A DNA stretch of 64,000 nt from Bacillota bacterium (GCA_009780325.1 WRAF01000001.1:125048-189047), one strand, 5' to 3'; positions 20,592 through 29,988 are shown, counted from the first letter of the stretch. A program made the numbers and translations. Notes: a model not told the origin generated them from the sequence alone.

Positions 20592-20623
20592 AAACGAATG
20601 ACTATTAAGGTCGTTCGTTTTTA
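20592..20623 (+). terminator. coaBC terminator
   Basis: AACGAATGAC-loop-GTCGTTCGTT plus a T-run. Confidence 0.7.
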
Positions 20624-20831
20624 TTGGTTTAGTATATCCCAGTATGTATCTTTATAATGATTAATAGTGGTAAGAAGTTAGAGAAATATTGACATTCTTA
20701 TAGGATGACAAAAATTATAATCGGTCATTAACGCAATTCCTGTTTTGCTTTAATCTAAAATTATGTCATTCTGTAAGAATCTCATCCTTAGAAAAATCTT
20801 ATTGCAAAAAATAATTGATGCAACAAATTGC

Positions 20832-20860
20832 TTGAAAAAATTACACTTATGTGTTAAAAT
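20832..20860 (+). promoter_or_regulatory. priA promoter with leaderless geometry
   Basis: TTGAAA-17-TAAAAT, then 6 nt to the ATG at 20867. Confidence 0.55.
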
Positions 20861-20866
20861 TATATT

Positions 20867-23065
20867 ATGATTGCACGAGTTATTGTTGATATTTCTAATA
20901 ATGAGGTGGACAAGATATTTGATTATCTTTCCATTGACGGAGCAAAACCAGGGCATAGAGTCATGGTTCCTTTTGGACGCAGGCAAATTGAGGGTTATGT
21001 AATTTCTTTATCGGAAAAGAGTGATTATGATAATTCTAAATTAAAAAAAATTAATAGACTTCTTGATGAAAATCCTGTCATAACTAGTGAAATGCTTGAA
21101 TTAATGGAATTTATGAAGTATCGTTATCATTTGAGGATAGTTGATATTTTGAGATTATTTATTCCTGCTCAAATGCGGGGCGGCAGAATAAAAGAATTAA
21201 CTAGGCTTTTTGCCAGCATAACTGATGAGTTTAAAGCCAAAAATATAGAGGAATTTATAAAACCAAATAGTTTGGCACAAAGAGAATTGTTTGAGTTTTT
21301 ATTAGAGAATAACGGGGCGTTTGTGTCTTTATTAAGAGAGAATTTTTCTTCAGCTGCTTATAATAATTTGTTAGAGCGAGGTGTGTTGATTCAAGAAAAT
21401 AGAAAGGTCAATCGAACTCCTTACAAATCTATAGGTGAGATGGATAATGAATTTGTATTGACTGCAGCACAAGAAAATGCTGTGCAAACTATAGTAGGCG
21501 CTAATAAAAATAGAAAATTTTTGCTGCACGGTGTCACAGGCAGCGGGAAAACTGAAGTTTATCTTAGATGTATAGATAATATTTTAAAACAAAATAAAAC
21601 TGCAATTTTGCTGGTTCCAGAAATTTCACTCACCCCGCAAGTTTTTTCAAAATTTAAATCCCGCTTTTGCGACAAGGTTGCAATTTTGCATTCAGGGCTA
21701 TCAGCAGGTGAAAGATTTGATGAGTGGCAAAGATTATTAAATGGAGAAGCGGTTGTAGCCATCGGTGCAAGAAGTGCAATATTTGCTCCGCTAAGAAATC
21801 TAGGATTAATCATCATTGATGAAGAGCACGACGGAAGCTATTCATCAGAGTCTAACCCTCGATATAGAACTCAAGAAATTGCAGAATTCCGTGCCAAACA
21901 TAATGATTGTGCACTAATTTTAGGCAGTGCTACTCCATCAGTTGAAACCTACTATCAAACTAAAGTAGGCGAGTATAATCTAATTGAGATGCCGCATCGC
22001 ATAAATAATACCCTCCCTAAAGTGCAGATTGTCAATATGTGCACTGAGTTATATCAAGGCAACAATTCGCTTTTTTCTAAAGATTTACATAATGCATTAA
22101 AGGATTGTCTAGATAAAAACAACCAAGCTATGCTGTTTATCAATCGTCGCGGATATTCGTCATTTGTACGCTGTACTTCATGTGGTTATGTTGCTATGTG
22201 TGAACGTTGTGATGTTTCGCTGGTTCTTCACAAAGAAGAAGGAAATCAACTAAAATGTCATTATTGTCAAAATCGTTATAATGTTCCGGTCGCTTGTCCA
22301 ATCTGTCAGCATTCAGACTTTCGCCGAGGATATCTAGGCACGCAGCAAGTTGAAGAAAAAATTCGCCAAATATTCCCAGCCGCCCGCACTCTGCGTATGG
22401 ACAATGATACAACTCAAAATAAAGATGCTCACCTAAATATTCTATCTCAATTCAGAGAAAAAAAAGCAGATATCCTAATTGGCACGCAAATGATAGCTAA
22501 AGGTCATGATTTTCCAGAGGTTACGGTAGTAGGAATAATTGATGCTGATATATCGCTTCATTTTTCAGATTATAAAGCAAATGAGCGTACATTTCAACTT
22601 ATCACGCAAGTATCAGGTAGGGCTGGCAGGGCAGATAAAGCAGGCAATGTATATTTGCAAACATATTCACCAAATCATTTTGTATATAAATTTGCTTGTG
22701 AGGTTGATTATCATGCATTCTATAAAAAAGAAATCAACATAAGAGAAGTAACCTCATTCCCGCCATTTGCCAATATTTTAAGAATCTTAGTATCAGGTGA
22801 GCATCCTGACAAAATTGCTCAAATCTTAAAAGCAATTTATGAAAAAATCTTAACAATCTCTAAAGAAAAAAAAGATTGCTTTTCATACCTAGGTTATATG
22901 CATTCTCCGGTCAAAAAAATTAAAGGTCAAATTAGAATGCAAATTTTAATGAGAGTCAAAAATTCCTTTGACGAAATCCTGCAATTAGTATATAATATAG
23001 TGGATGAACACAAAAAAAAGGATATTGCTATCTTTGTAGAAATTAATCCAAATAGTTTATCTTAA
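20867..23065 (+). CDS. priA: primosomal protein N' (PriA helicase)
   Basis: 732 aa. Walker A HGVTGSGKT, DEEHD, Cys-rich zinc insert CTSCGY...CERC...CHYC...CPIC. Confidence 0.92.
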   Translation: MIARVIVDISNNEVDKIFDYLSIDGAKPGHRVMVPFGRRQIEGYVISLSEKSDYDNSKLKKINRLLDENPVITSEMLELMEFMKYRYHLRIVDILRLFIPAQMRGGRIKELTRLFASITDEFKAKNIEEFIKPNSLAQRELFEFLLENNGAFVSLLRENFSSAAYNNLLERGVLIQENRKVNRTPYKSIGEMDNEFVLTAAQENAVQTIVGANKNRKFLLHGVTGSGKTEVYLRCIDNILKQNKTAILLVPEISLTPQVFSKFKSRFCDKVAILHSGLSAGERFDEWQRLLNGEAVVAIGARSAIFAPLRNLGLIIIDEEHDGSYSSESNPRYRTQEIAEFRAKHNDCALILGSATPSVETYYQTKVGEYNLIEMPHRINNTLPKVQIVNMCTELYQGNNSLFSKDLHNALKDCLDKNNQAMLFINRRGYSSFVRCTSCGYVAMCERCDVSLVLHKEEGNQLKCHYCQNRYNVPVACPICQHSDFRRGYLGTQQVEEKIRQIFPAARTLRMDNDTTQNKDAHLNILSQFREKKADILIGTQMIAKGHDFPEVTVVGIIDADISLHFSDYKANERTFQLITQVSGRAGRADKAGNVYLQTYSPNHFVYKFACEVDYHAFYKKEINIREVTSFPPFANILRILVSGEHPDKIAQILKAIYEKILTISKEKKDCFSYLGYMHSPVKKIKGQIRMQILMRVKNSFDEILQLVYNIVDEHKKKDIAIFVEINPNSLS

Positions 23066-23078
23066 AAATGGAGGAATT

Positions 23079-23476
23079 ATGGCAGGCAATGATATAAATG
23101 TTCCGTATTTAAAAGAAACGAAGACAGAGATTAAAAAAGAAATTAATGCAACAAAATGGCAATATTTTATATCTATCATTCCTGTCATTGGGTTTTTTAT
23201 TGTTTTCTTTGCTGGTTTTTTTAGAATGGATAGATTGGGTGGGAAATCATTTATGTTATTGCATTGTCTAGTTTCGATAGGTACTATAGGTGTATTGCAT
23301 TCCCTAGTATCATAGCTGCACACTTTCTTTTGATTGGCAGATGGATCACACAAACATATATAATTATTTTTATAATAGTTTCTTTTGTTGCGATTATTCT
23401 TTCTGCACTGATGTGTGTTTTCATACAAAATAAAATAATCATTAAGAAAAAGGAGGTTGCTGTACATGGCAATTAG
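23079..23476 (+). pseudogene. small multi-pass membrane protein split by a frameshift
   Basis: ORF 23079..23315 (good RBS GGAGG) and ORF 23264..23476 (no start/RBS) are both hydrophobic and overlap in different frames near 23300. Confidence 0.35.
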
Positions 23477-23906
23477 AAATATAGTTAAGCATGACGATGC
23501 AATTTTAAGAGAAAAATCCCGCACAATCACTATGTTTGACCAGAATTTATCATTATTAATTGATGATATGGTTGATACTATGATACATGCAGAAGGCGCT
23601 GGCTTAGCGGCTGTTCAGGTAGGCAGTTTAAAAAGGGTTTTTATAGCATATGATGAGGACGGACAAATTCACGAGTTTATCAATCCTTTGGTGATAGAGT
23701 CTAAAGGCGAACAAATTTTTAATGAGGGGTGTTTGAGTATTCCTGGGCAAAAAGGTGATGTCAAAAGGGCAAAGATGATGAAAATAAAAGCACAAGATAG
23801 GCAAGGTAATGAGTTTATCATAAAAGCAAAGGATTTTTTTGCGGTGGTCGTCTCACATGAGTTAGACCATTTGGATGGAATTCTTTATACAGATAAGTTG
23901 GTATAA
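23466..23906 (+). CDS. def: peptide deformylase
   Basis: Motifs GAGLAAVQVG, EGCLSIPG and HELDHLDG. The ATG at 23466 is 9 nt after AAGGAGG. Confidence 0.93.
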   Translation: MAIRNIVKHDDAILREKSRTITMFDQNLSLLIDDMVDTMIHAEGAGLAAVQVGSLKRVFIAYDEDGQIHEFINPLVIESKGEQIFNEGCLSIPGQKGDVKRAKMMKIKAQDRQGNEFIIKAKDFFAVVVSHELDHLDGILYTDKLV

Positions 23907-23946
23907 TGCTAAGAATCTTATCTTTTAAAAAAACAAATATATCATA

Positions 23947-24852
23947 ATGAAAATAGTATTTTTAGGAACACCAAGCTTTGCATTAAAGCCATTAATAGAG
24001 TTAAACAACTCCCGCCATAAAATAGTGGCGGTGGTTTCGCAACCAGATAGAGCCAAAGGCAGAAAAGGGAATTTGCTGCCTACTCCTGTTAAAGAACTAG
24101 CTTTATCATTAAATTTGCCAACACATCAATTTGAATCTATTAAAAATCAAATTGCTTTTTTAAAATCATTAAATGCCGATATTTTTATTACTGTTGCATA
24201 TGGACAGATATTAAGTCAAGAGATATTAAATACCCCTAAATTTGGAGTAATTAATGCACATGCTTCGCTTTTGCCAAAATATCGAGGGGCATCTCCTATA
24301 CAAAGTGCAATTTTAAATGGTGAAAAAGAAACAGGCATAACAATTATGCAAACAGAATTAGGATTAGATAGCGGGAATATTTTATCTCAAGAAAAAATTC
24401 CTATTTTAGATAGTGACACAATAGAAACCTTGTTTGATAAATTAAGTACGCTATCTGCTGATTTATTATTAAAAACTCTGTGCAAACTAGAGAATGGCAA
24501 CAGTTTTTCAGTTCCTCAAGACCATATGCTGGCAACAAAATGCAGTTTAATTACAAAAGAAATGGGAAGCCTTGATTTTTCTAAATCGGCAAGACAAGTT
24601 TTCAATCAAATTAGGGCTATTAATTCTTATTCACATATTGATGGATTATATATCAGAATATTGGATTCTGAAATTATTAATGAGCATCAAATCAATAAAG
24701 ATGCTGGATTAATTGAAAATGATTTTATTGTTAAATGTGGGCAAGGGTTATTAAAGATAAAACAAGTATTGCCTATGAATAAAAAAAGGATGACGGCAAA
24801 ACAATTTCTATTAGGAAATGATGTAAGAGGTAAAAAAATTGGTACAAACTAG
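23947..24852 (+). CDS. fmt: methionyl-tRNA formyltransferase
   Basis: MKIVFLGTPSFA..., NAHASLLPKYRGASPIQ. Follows def. Confidence 0.92.
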   Translation: MKIVFLGTPSFALKPLIELNNSRHKIVAVVSQPDRAKGRKGNLLPTPVKELALSLNLPTHQFESIKNQIAFLKSLNADIFITVAYGQILSQEILNTPKFGVINAHASLLPKYRGASPIQSAILNGEKETGITIMQTELGLDSGNILSQEKIPILDSDTIETLFDKLSTLSADLLLKTLCKLENGNSFSVPQDHMLATKCSLITKEMGSLDFSKSARQVFNQIRAINSYSHIDGLYIRILDSEIINEHQINKDAGLIENDFIVKCGQGLLKIKQVLPMNKKRMTAKQFLLGNDVRGKKIGTN

Positions 24853-26014
24853 TGAAAAAATAATTTATGAACTGCTTTTTAAAGTATTTAGCGGGGGTTA
24901 TAGCGGGATTATCTTAAATAAGACACTTGAAAATATTCAAAATGATAAAGCATATATTACAAGAGTTTTTTATGGAGTGTTAGAGAAAAATATACAGTTA
25001 GATTATATTATAGAAAAACTAACCACAAAACGCCCTAAAAAACCTGCTCTTATTATTTTGAAAATTGGATTGTATTTATTAAGATACTCTAATACTCCAA
25101 AGCATTCTGCAATAGATAAAATTGTTAACTTGACAAAACAAATTGGTAAAAATGATTTAGCAGGTTTTATCAATGCGGTATTAAGGAAAAGTTTAGAATA
25201 TTCTGTGCAAACTAGTGATTTAGCGATTAATTTAAGTGTGTCTAGCTGGATAATTGATTTATTGCAAAAGCATTATGATGATGAATTTATTAAGAGAATG
25301 TTTGAAATAACAGAGTATCGTACTCATGTGAGATCAAACAAAGCATTGAATTTTGATAAAACAGAACTAGGGTATTTAGTGACTAAAGAGCAATTAGACA
25401 CATTAGACAAAAGTGATTACACAATTATGTCGCTTTCGTCAATGTTGGTGGTTAAAAATTATATTAGCAACCTTGAAAAAACAAAAAACATAAATACCCT
25501 AGATTTATGCGCTGCTCCTGGCGGGAAAGCCGTATATTTAAAAGAATTGCTGCCTAATGCAAAGATAATTGCTTGCGATATTCATGCTCATAGACTGGAC
25601 TTAATAAAAGGCTATGCAAAAAAAATGGGCGCTGAAATTGAGTTAAGGCAAAATGATGCAACGATTTTTAATCCCGAATGGGTGAATAATTTTGATTTAG
25701 TAATATGTGATGTTCCTTGCAGCGGGCTGGGAGTAAGGCAAAAGCCGGATGTATTTATTAATAGAAAAAAAGAGGATATTCCGATATTAAACAAGCTGCA
25801 ATTTGACATACTCAACACAGCATCAAAATATGTTAAGGCAGGAGGGGCGTTGTGTTATTCTACTTGTACTATCTTAAAAGAAGAAAATGAGGAGATTATA
25901 GAAAAATTTTTAAAAGCTAACAGGGGATTTGCTTTGGAAAAAATGATAAACCTATATTCACATGAACATAATTCTGACGGGTTTTTTGTTGCAAAAACTA
26001 TACGCAAACACTAG
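24839..26014 (+). CDS. rsmB: 16S rRNA (cytosine967-C5)-methyltransferase RsmB
   Basis: SAM motif LDLCAAPGGK, catalytic DVPCSG and YSTCT. Follows fmt. Confidence 0.82.
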   Translation: MVQTSEKIIYELLFKVFSGGYSGIILNKTLENIQNDKAYITRVFYGVLEKNIQLDYIIEKLTTKRPKKPALIILKIGLYLLRYSNTPKHSAIDKIVNLTKQIGKNDLAGFINAVLRKSLEYSVQTSDLAINLSVSSWIIDLLQKHYDDEFIKRMFEITEYRTHVRSNKALNFDKTELGYLVTKEQLDTLDKSDYTIMSLSSMLVVKNYISNLEKTKNINTLDLCAAPGGKAVYLKELLPNAKIIACDIHAHRLDLIKGYAKKMGAEIELRQNDATIFNPEWVNNFDLVICDVPCSGLGVRQKPDVFINRKKEDIPILNKLQFDILNTASKYVKAGGALCYSTCTILKEENEEIIEKFLKANRGFALEKMINLYSHEHNSDGFFVAKTIRKH

Positions 26015-26051
26015 TTTGCACATAATTTTCAGGATTGCTTTATTTAAACTT

Positions 26052-27386
26052 TTAGCCTATATTTAGAAACTTATTCATATTTTCAATGTCGCTTTCTAAT
26101 ATAGAGCTTTTGACAGCCATTAATAATGATTCAATTTCATCAAAAGTAATAATCGGTTTTTGGTTTGCTATTTCTTTTCTGATTAATAGCATTTTTACTT
26201 TTTCACAAAACTCTGTAATATCTGCTCCGCTAAATCCGTTTAGGCGGTCTGCAATTTTTTCTATACTCACTTTATGGGCAAGGGGATATTTTTTTAGATT
26301 CTTATTCAAAATAAAAAGTCTGGCTTGTTCGTCAGGCGGCGGGATATAGATTTTTTCGCTAAATCTTCCTGGTCTAAGTAATGCACCATCCAAAGCCCAC
26401 GGACAATTTGTTGCAGCAATCACTAATAGCATATTTGTATTTTTTTCTACACCCTGCATTTGAGTCAATATCTCTTGAACTGTGTTAGAATACCCATTGT
26501 CAGCACTTCTTCTTTTTCCGATTGAGTCAAACTCATCAAAGAATATAATGGCCTTCTCACATTTTTTAGCATCAGAAAAAAGTTTCTTCACATTGTTTTC
26601 TGATTCTCCTATCCATTTTGATTCAATATCAGAGCATTTCACGCTAAAAAACTTTGCATCTAATTCGGTGGCTGCTGCTTGGGCAAACATAGTTTTTCCC
26701 GTGCCAGGAAGTCCAAACAATAAAATTCCACCGCCTACACTTTTGTCGTATTTATCATATAATTCTTTATGTTTTAAGGGCAATATAATCCTTTCTTCCA
26801 ATGCCTTTTTTGCCTCATCAAGTCCCGCAATATCTGATAATTTGGTGGTTGGAATTGCTGAGTCATTAGATTTTGTTGTTAGCTTAGTGATGTGTCTTTT
26901 GCTATGTATTTGCTTTGGTTTTTCAGTTGTATCATCAAATTCATTGTCATCATAGTCTATATCATCGTCATCTATATCTAGTTGTCTGTTTAACTCAATC
27001 AACTCTTGTTTAGTCAACCCTTTTGTTTCTATGCCTATTTCTTTAAACCAATCATGCATTTGCTCAATAGTATAATTATTTTCAAAATCATCATTAAAAA
27101 TGGCATAGATTAATTCGTCTTTTGTCATAGTGGAAAAATCTTTGATATTTCTTTCTGCGCACTCTTTTTGCAATTCACCCAAAGACCATTTGCTGAGTGG
27201 GATTATTCCGTCATCTTCGTCGGCATCTATCTTGCTGCTTTTTATCACAAACTCAATCAATGATATGCCGCCGATGAGTATGACACTGCCTGCAAGCCAT
27301 CCCCAATAGCCAAATATTAAGCTGCTGATATAGCCGACAAATGCTCCGACAGCAAAATTGCTGATATAAAAAGTGAGTGTCTTCAT
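26052..27386 (-). CDS. membrane-anchored classic-clade AAA+ ATPase with two HeH/SAP(Rho-N)-like modules
   Basis: Start reassigned to the ATG at 27386 (RBS GGGAGAA). N-terminal TM pair, then LGELQKECAERNIKDFSTMTKDELIYAI and KEIGIETKGLTKQELIEL modules and an acidic linker. Walker A GLPGTGKT, Walker B IIFFDEFD, and Arg fingers in LLRPGRF. Confidence 0.8.
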   Translation of the reverse strand: MKTLTFYISNFAVGAFVGYISSLIFGYWGWLAGSVILIGGISLIEFVIKSSKIDADEDDGIIPLSKWSLGELQKECAERNIKDFSTMTKDELIYAIFNDDFENNYTIEQMHDWFKEIGIETKGLTKQELIELNRQLDIDDDDIDYDDNEFDDTTEKPKQIHSKRHITKLTTKSNDSAIPTTKLSDIAGLDEAKKALEERIILPLKHKELYDKYDKSVGGGILLFGLPGTGKTMFAQAAATELDAKFFSVKCSDIESKWIGESENNVKKLFSDAKKCEKAIIFFDEFDSIGKRRSADNGYSNTVQEILTQMQGVEKNTNMLLVIAATNCPWALDGALLRPGRFSEKIYIPPPDEQARLFILNKNLKKYPLAHKVSIEKIADRLNGFSGADITEFCEKVKMLLIRKEIANQKPIITFDEIESLLMAVKSSILESDIENMNKFLNIG

Positions 27387-27404
27387 GTGTATTTCTCCCA
27401 TAAT

Positions 27405-27543
27405 GCAAAAAGTGCCATCCCAATTAAGAGATGGCACCCCAAGCGGTGCTCTCCTAATTGTCGCCAAACAACACTCAAAATAGAGGGGAGAAACAAGCCG
27501 AAGGGCAAATTTCACCTCTATTTTGATAATATGTTGTTTGGCA
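27405..27543 (-). ncRNA. unclassified structured leader/sRNA, copy A
   Basis: Minus strand: P1 CCAAACAACA/UGUUGUUUGG, P2 CAAAAUAGAGG/CCUCUAUUUUG, cap GCC-CUUC-GGC, CAAUUAGGAGA vs UCUCUUAAUUG, and terminator GUGCCAUC-loop-GAUGGCAC-UUUUU. The RBS and ATG at 27386 follow. Confidence 0.65.
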
Positions 27544-27548
27544 AGAAT

Positions 27549-27578
27549 AGGATAACATATTATTTGCAGAAAAAGCAA
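27549..27578 (-). promoter_or_regulatory. extended -10 promoter of RNA copy A
   Basis: Minus strand TTGCTT-18-TATCCT preceded by TGT. Confidence 0.5.
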
Positions 27579-27777
27579 GTGAATTTATATAAAAATTCAC
27601 ATTTTTTATATTTGACGGGGTAATTTTGATTTGATATAATAATTCTGTCTTGCTTTGTCAGTTGTTGTTGCTTTCTCCTTGCGATGCAATAACAAGTGAG
27701 AGTGTATCGTTAGGCGAGGGCGGAACTAAAGTTAAGCGATGAAGCAGCTTAGCAAGTGGATGGGGAAATATTAGAAT

Positions 27778-28794
27778 ATGAAAAACATTACAGATTTTAC
27801 AATAGAGGAATTAAAATTCGTTTTGGCTGACCACCCGTCATTCAGAGCAGAGCAGGTTTTTAAGTGGCTGTCTAGCGGAGCAGATTTTGAACATATGTCA
27901 AATATTCCGATTGCCTTAAAAGAAAAGCTGAAAAATGAATATTATTCAAATGCAGTAAAAATTTATAAACAAATCAAATCAAGTGACAAATCAGTAAAAT
28001 TGCTGTATACTCTAAATGATGGTAGCTTTATTGAAGGAATTATGATTCCGCAATCATACGGAAACTCTTTGTGTGTGTCAACTCAGGCAGGATGCAGGAT
28101 GGGCTGTGCTTTTTGCGCTTCTCATTTAGGGGGCTTGTCAAGAAATTTAACAGCGGGTGAAATTTACTCTCAAGTAATCCAATCAAATAAAAGTTTCCCT
28201 AATCCAATATCAAAAATAGTTTTAATGGGCAGTGGAGAGCCTTTAGATAATTATTACAACACAACAAAATTCATAAAAATCATATGTGAGCCAAAAGGAT
28301 TAAACTTTAGTCAGCGCAATATTTCATTATCAACCTGCGGAATTGCAGATAAAATAATTAAGCTTGCCGATGAAAATTACAGCGTAAATTTATCTTTATC
28401 GCTTCATGCAACCACTGACGAGACAAGAAAAGCAATCATGCCGATAGCTAAAAAGTTTAATTTAAAAGAGACGATTAATGCGGCAAGATATTACTTTGAT
28501 AAAACGGGCAGGCGGGTATCTATTGAATATGTGCTGATAAAGGGTGTTAATAATACATTTTTTGACGCGAAACGATTAAAAGAATTATTATCAAATTTTT
28601 CGTGCCATATCAATTTAATTATGTTAAATCATGTGCCTGAGAGTAATTTAACTCCTTGCACTAAACAGGATGCTGAAAAGTTTCTAAAGTGGCTGACAGA
28701 TTTAAAATTAAGTGCAACTTTAAGAAAAAGTGCAGGCGGAGAAACATCTTCAGCTTGCGGGCAGCTAAGGAATAAGTTTATCAAGGAAAAATGA
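27778..28794 (+). CDS. rlmN: 23S rRNA/tRNA (adenine-C2)-methyltransferase RlmN (radical SAM)
   Basis: CRMGCAFCAS radical-SAM motif and a C-terminal GGETSSACGQL. A TTGACG-17-TATAAT promoter lies ~125 nt upstream. Confidence 0.9.
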   Translation: MKNITDFTIEELKFVLADHPSFRAEQVFKWLSSGADFEHMSNIPIALKEKLKNEYYSNAVKIYKQIKSSDKSVKLLYTLNDGSFIEGIMIPQSYGNSLCVSTQAGCRMGCAFCASHLGGLSRNLTAGEIYSQVIQSNKSFPNPISKIVLMGSGEPLDNYYNTTKFIKIICEPKGLNFSQRNISLSTCGIADKIIKLADENYSVNLSLSLHATTDETRKAIMPIAKKFNLKETINAARYYFDKTGRRVSIEYVLIKGVNNTFFDAKRLKELLSNFSCHINLIMLNHVPESNLTPCTKQDAEKFLKWLTDLKLSATLRKSAGGETSSACGQLRNKFIKEK

Positions 28795-28990
28795 CCCCCT
28801 ATATAGTGGTTGCAAAAAGCGAAAACCACAACACATAGTGTCAAAACAAAATCCACGACAAACTTAATTCTGAACATCAAAAAAACCGCACGCATCCCCA
28901 ATGTCAAATGATAAAAAGCGGACAAAAAACAACACAAACCACATACTACTGCAATGTCAATAATATTATAAGTTAGAAAGGAGAATTGCA

Positions 28991-29656
28991 ATGACATACG
29001 AATCGATTATCAAGAAAATGAAAAGCAACGGTATTGTTTTTACTAGCGGTTTAACAGCGGTTGAAATTTCTAAAATAGAAAAAATATATGGACTTAAATT
29101 GCCAACTGAATTGATAAAATTTTACAGTATCGCATTACCAATCGCTAACAAGAAAAATCCAATGAATATATTTCCTATGTGGAATGATTTCTCTGACGAG
29201 AACATTAAAAATATCAAAGAACAAAGGGCTTTACCGAAACAGAGAATATTGGAAGAGTATAAAAATGACGGTACGCTGCTTGCAGATATAGGAATTGCTG
29301 CGAACTTGGGAATTTCCACAATATTTGAAGAAGGGAAGTATGATGAAACATTTCCTGCTACCGAGCAATTAAGGCATAAAAAAGGGTTAGAGCAGTTTCT
29401 CAGCAATCTTGAAACCATAATTCCCATTTTTTCTCATAGATATATGATATTAAAATATGAAGATGATAATGCAGTGATTTCAGCCTATGGAACAGATATA
29501 ATTGCCTATGGAGTTACATTGAAAGATTATCTCATAAATGAATTTATTGATGCGAAAAATTTAGAAGATATTTATGGAAGAATAAGCGAAAAAGTTGAAA
29601 AGGGAGAAGATGAATTCAGAAGGCTTGGAAAATGGAGATATTTAATAATAAGATAA
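28991..29656 (+). CDS. SMI1/KNR4 (SUKH-superfamily)-like protein
   Basis: The N-terminal LTAVEISKIEKIYGLKLPTELIKFYSIALPI pattern is typical of SUKH/SMI1-KNR4 domains. RBS AAGGAG. Confidence 0.5.
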   Translation: MTYESIIKKMKSNGIVFTSGLTAVEISKIEKIYGLKLPTELIKFYSIALPIANKKNPMNIFPMWNDFSDENIKNIKEQRALPKQRILEEYKNDGTLLADIGIAANLGISTIFEEGKYDETFPATEQLRHKKGLEQFLSNLETIIPIFSHRYMILKYEDDNAVISAYGTDIIAYGVTLKDYLINEFIDAKNLEDIYGRISEKVEKGEDEFRRLGKWRYLIIR

Positions 29657-29680
29657 AATCCCCGACAAATCAGCCCACTT

Positions 29681-29769
29681 AAAGCCATCGCCCCGACTTA
29701 TTGACCCACTTAAAAATAGGGCAGGGACAAGCGACTGGATATTGCCCCGACCTTCAACACGCTTAGACA
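29681..29769 (+). repeat. cassette-3' direct repeat DR1
   Basis: CTTATTGACCCACTTAAAAATAGGGCAGGGACAAGCGACTGGATATTGCCCCGACC... matches 31180..31279. Confidence 0.8.
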
Positions 29770-29959
29770 ACTAAGAGGTAAGTTCATCGGGCAGAAATTA
29801 GACAAAAACGACCCCAAATAAGCACTTTTGACCGCTTTTGAACCATATCTTGGAAAGACTTTAACCCACCCGAATAACTTTCCTTTTAAGGGCGATTTTT
29901 GCTATGCGCCATCAATATGAAACCACACGCTCCTTGCATATCAAAGACAGTAGTTTTAT

Positions 29960-29988
29960 TTGACAATGGGGTTAGTTTTTGTTATACT
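29960..29988 (+). promoter_or_regulatory. promoter of the lipoprotein gene
   Basis: TTGACA-17-TATACT, ~150 nt upstream of the ATG at 30141. Confidence 0.5.

Noticed and set aside
27405-27543. Reading the repeated leader as a T-box riboswitch, because AAUUAGGAGAGCACCGC resembles the T-box AAUUAGGGUGGUACCGCG.
   Set aside because: There is no UGGN acceptor-binding bulge at the corresponding place, and no Stem I with specifier loop or distal platform. At ~135 nt it is shorter than usual, and the downstream genes are not related to amino-acid metabolism. The resemblance is kept only as a note.
27387-27578. N-terminal extension of the long ORF 26052..27578 (64 extra codons).
   Set aside because: The extension runs through the promoter, structured RNA and intrinsic terminator of the leader. 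A GGGAGAA RBS with the ATG at 27386 begins the hydrophobic N-terminus MKTLTFYISNF, so the extension is non-coding.
28629-28997. Minus-strand ORF of 122 aa spanning the rlmN 3' end and the C/A-rich spacer.
   Set aside because: It overlaps the conserved RlmN C-terminus, has no RBS, and its hydrophobic Cys/Phe/Val-rich translation is what the complement of C/A-rich DNA produces.
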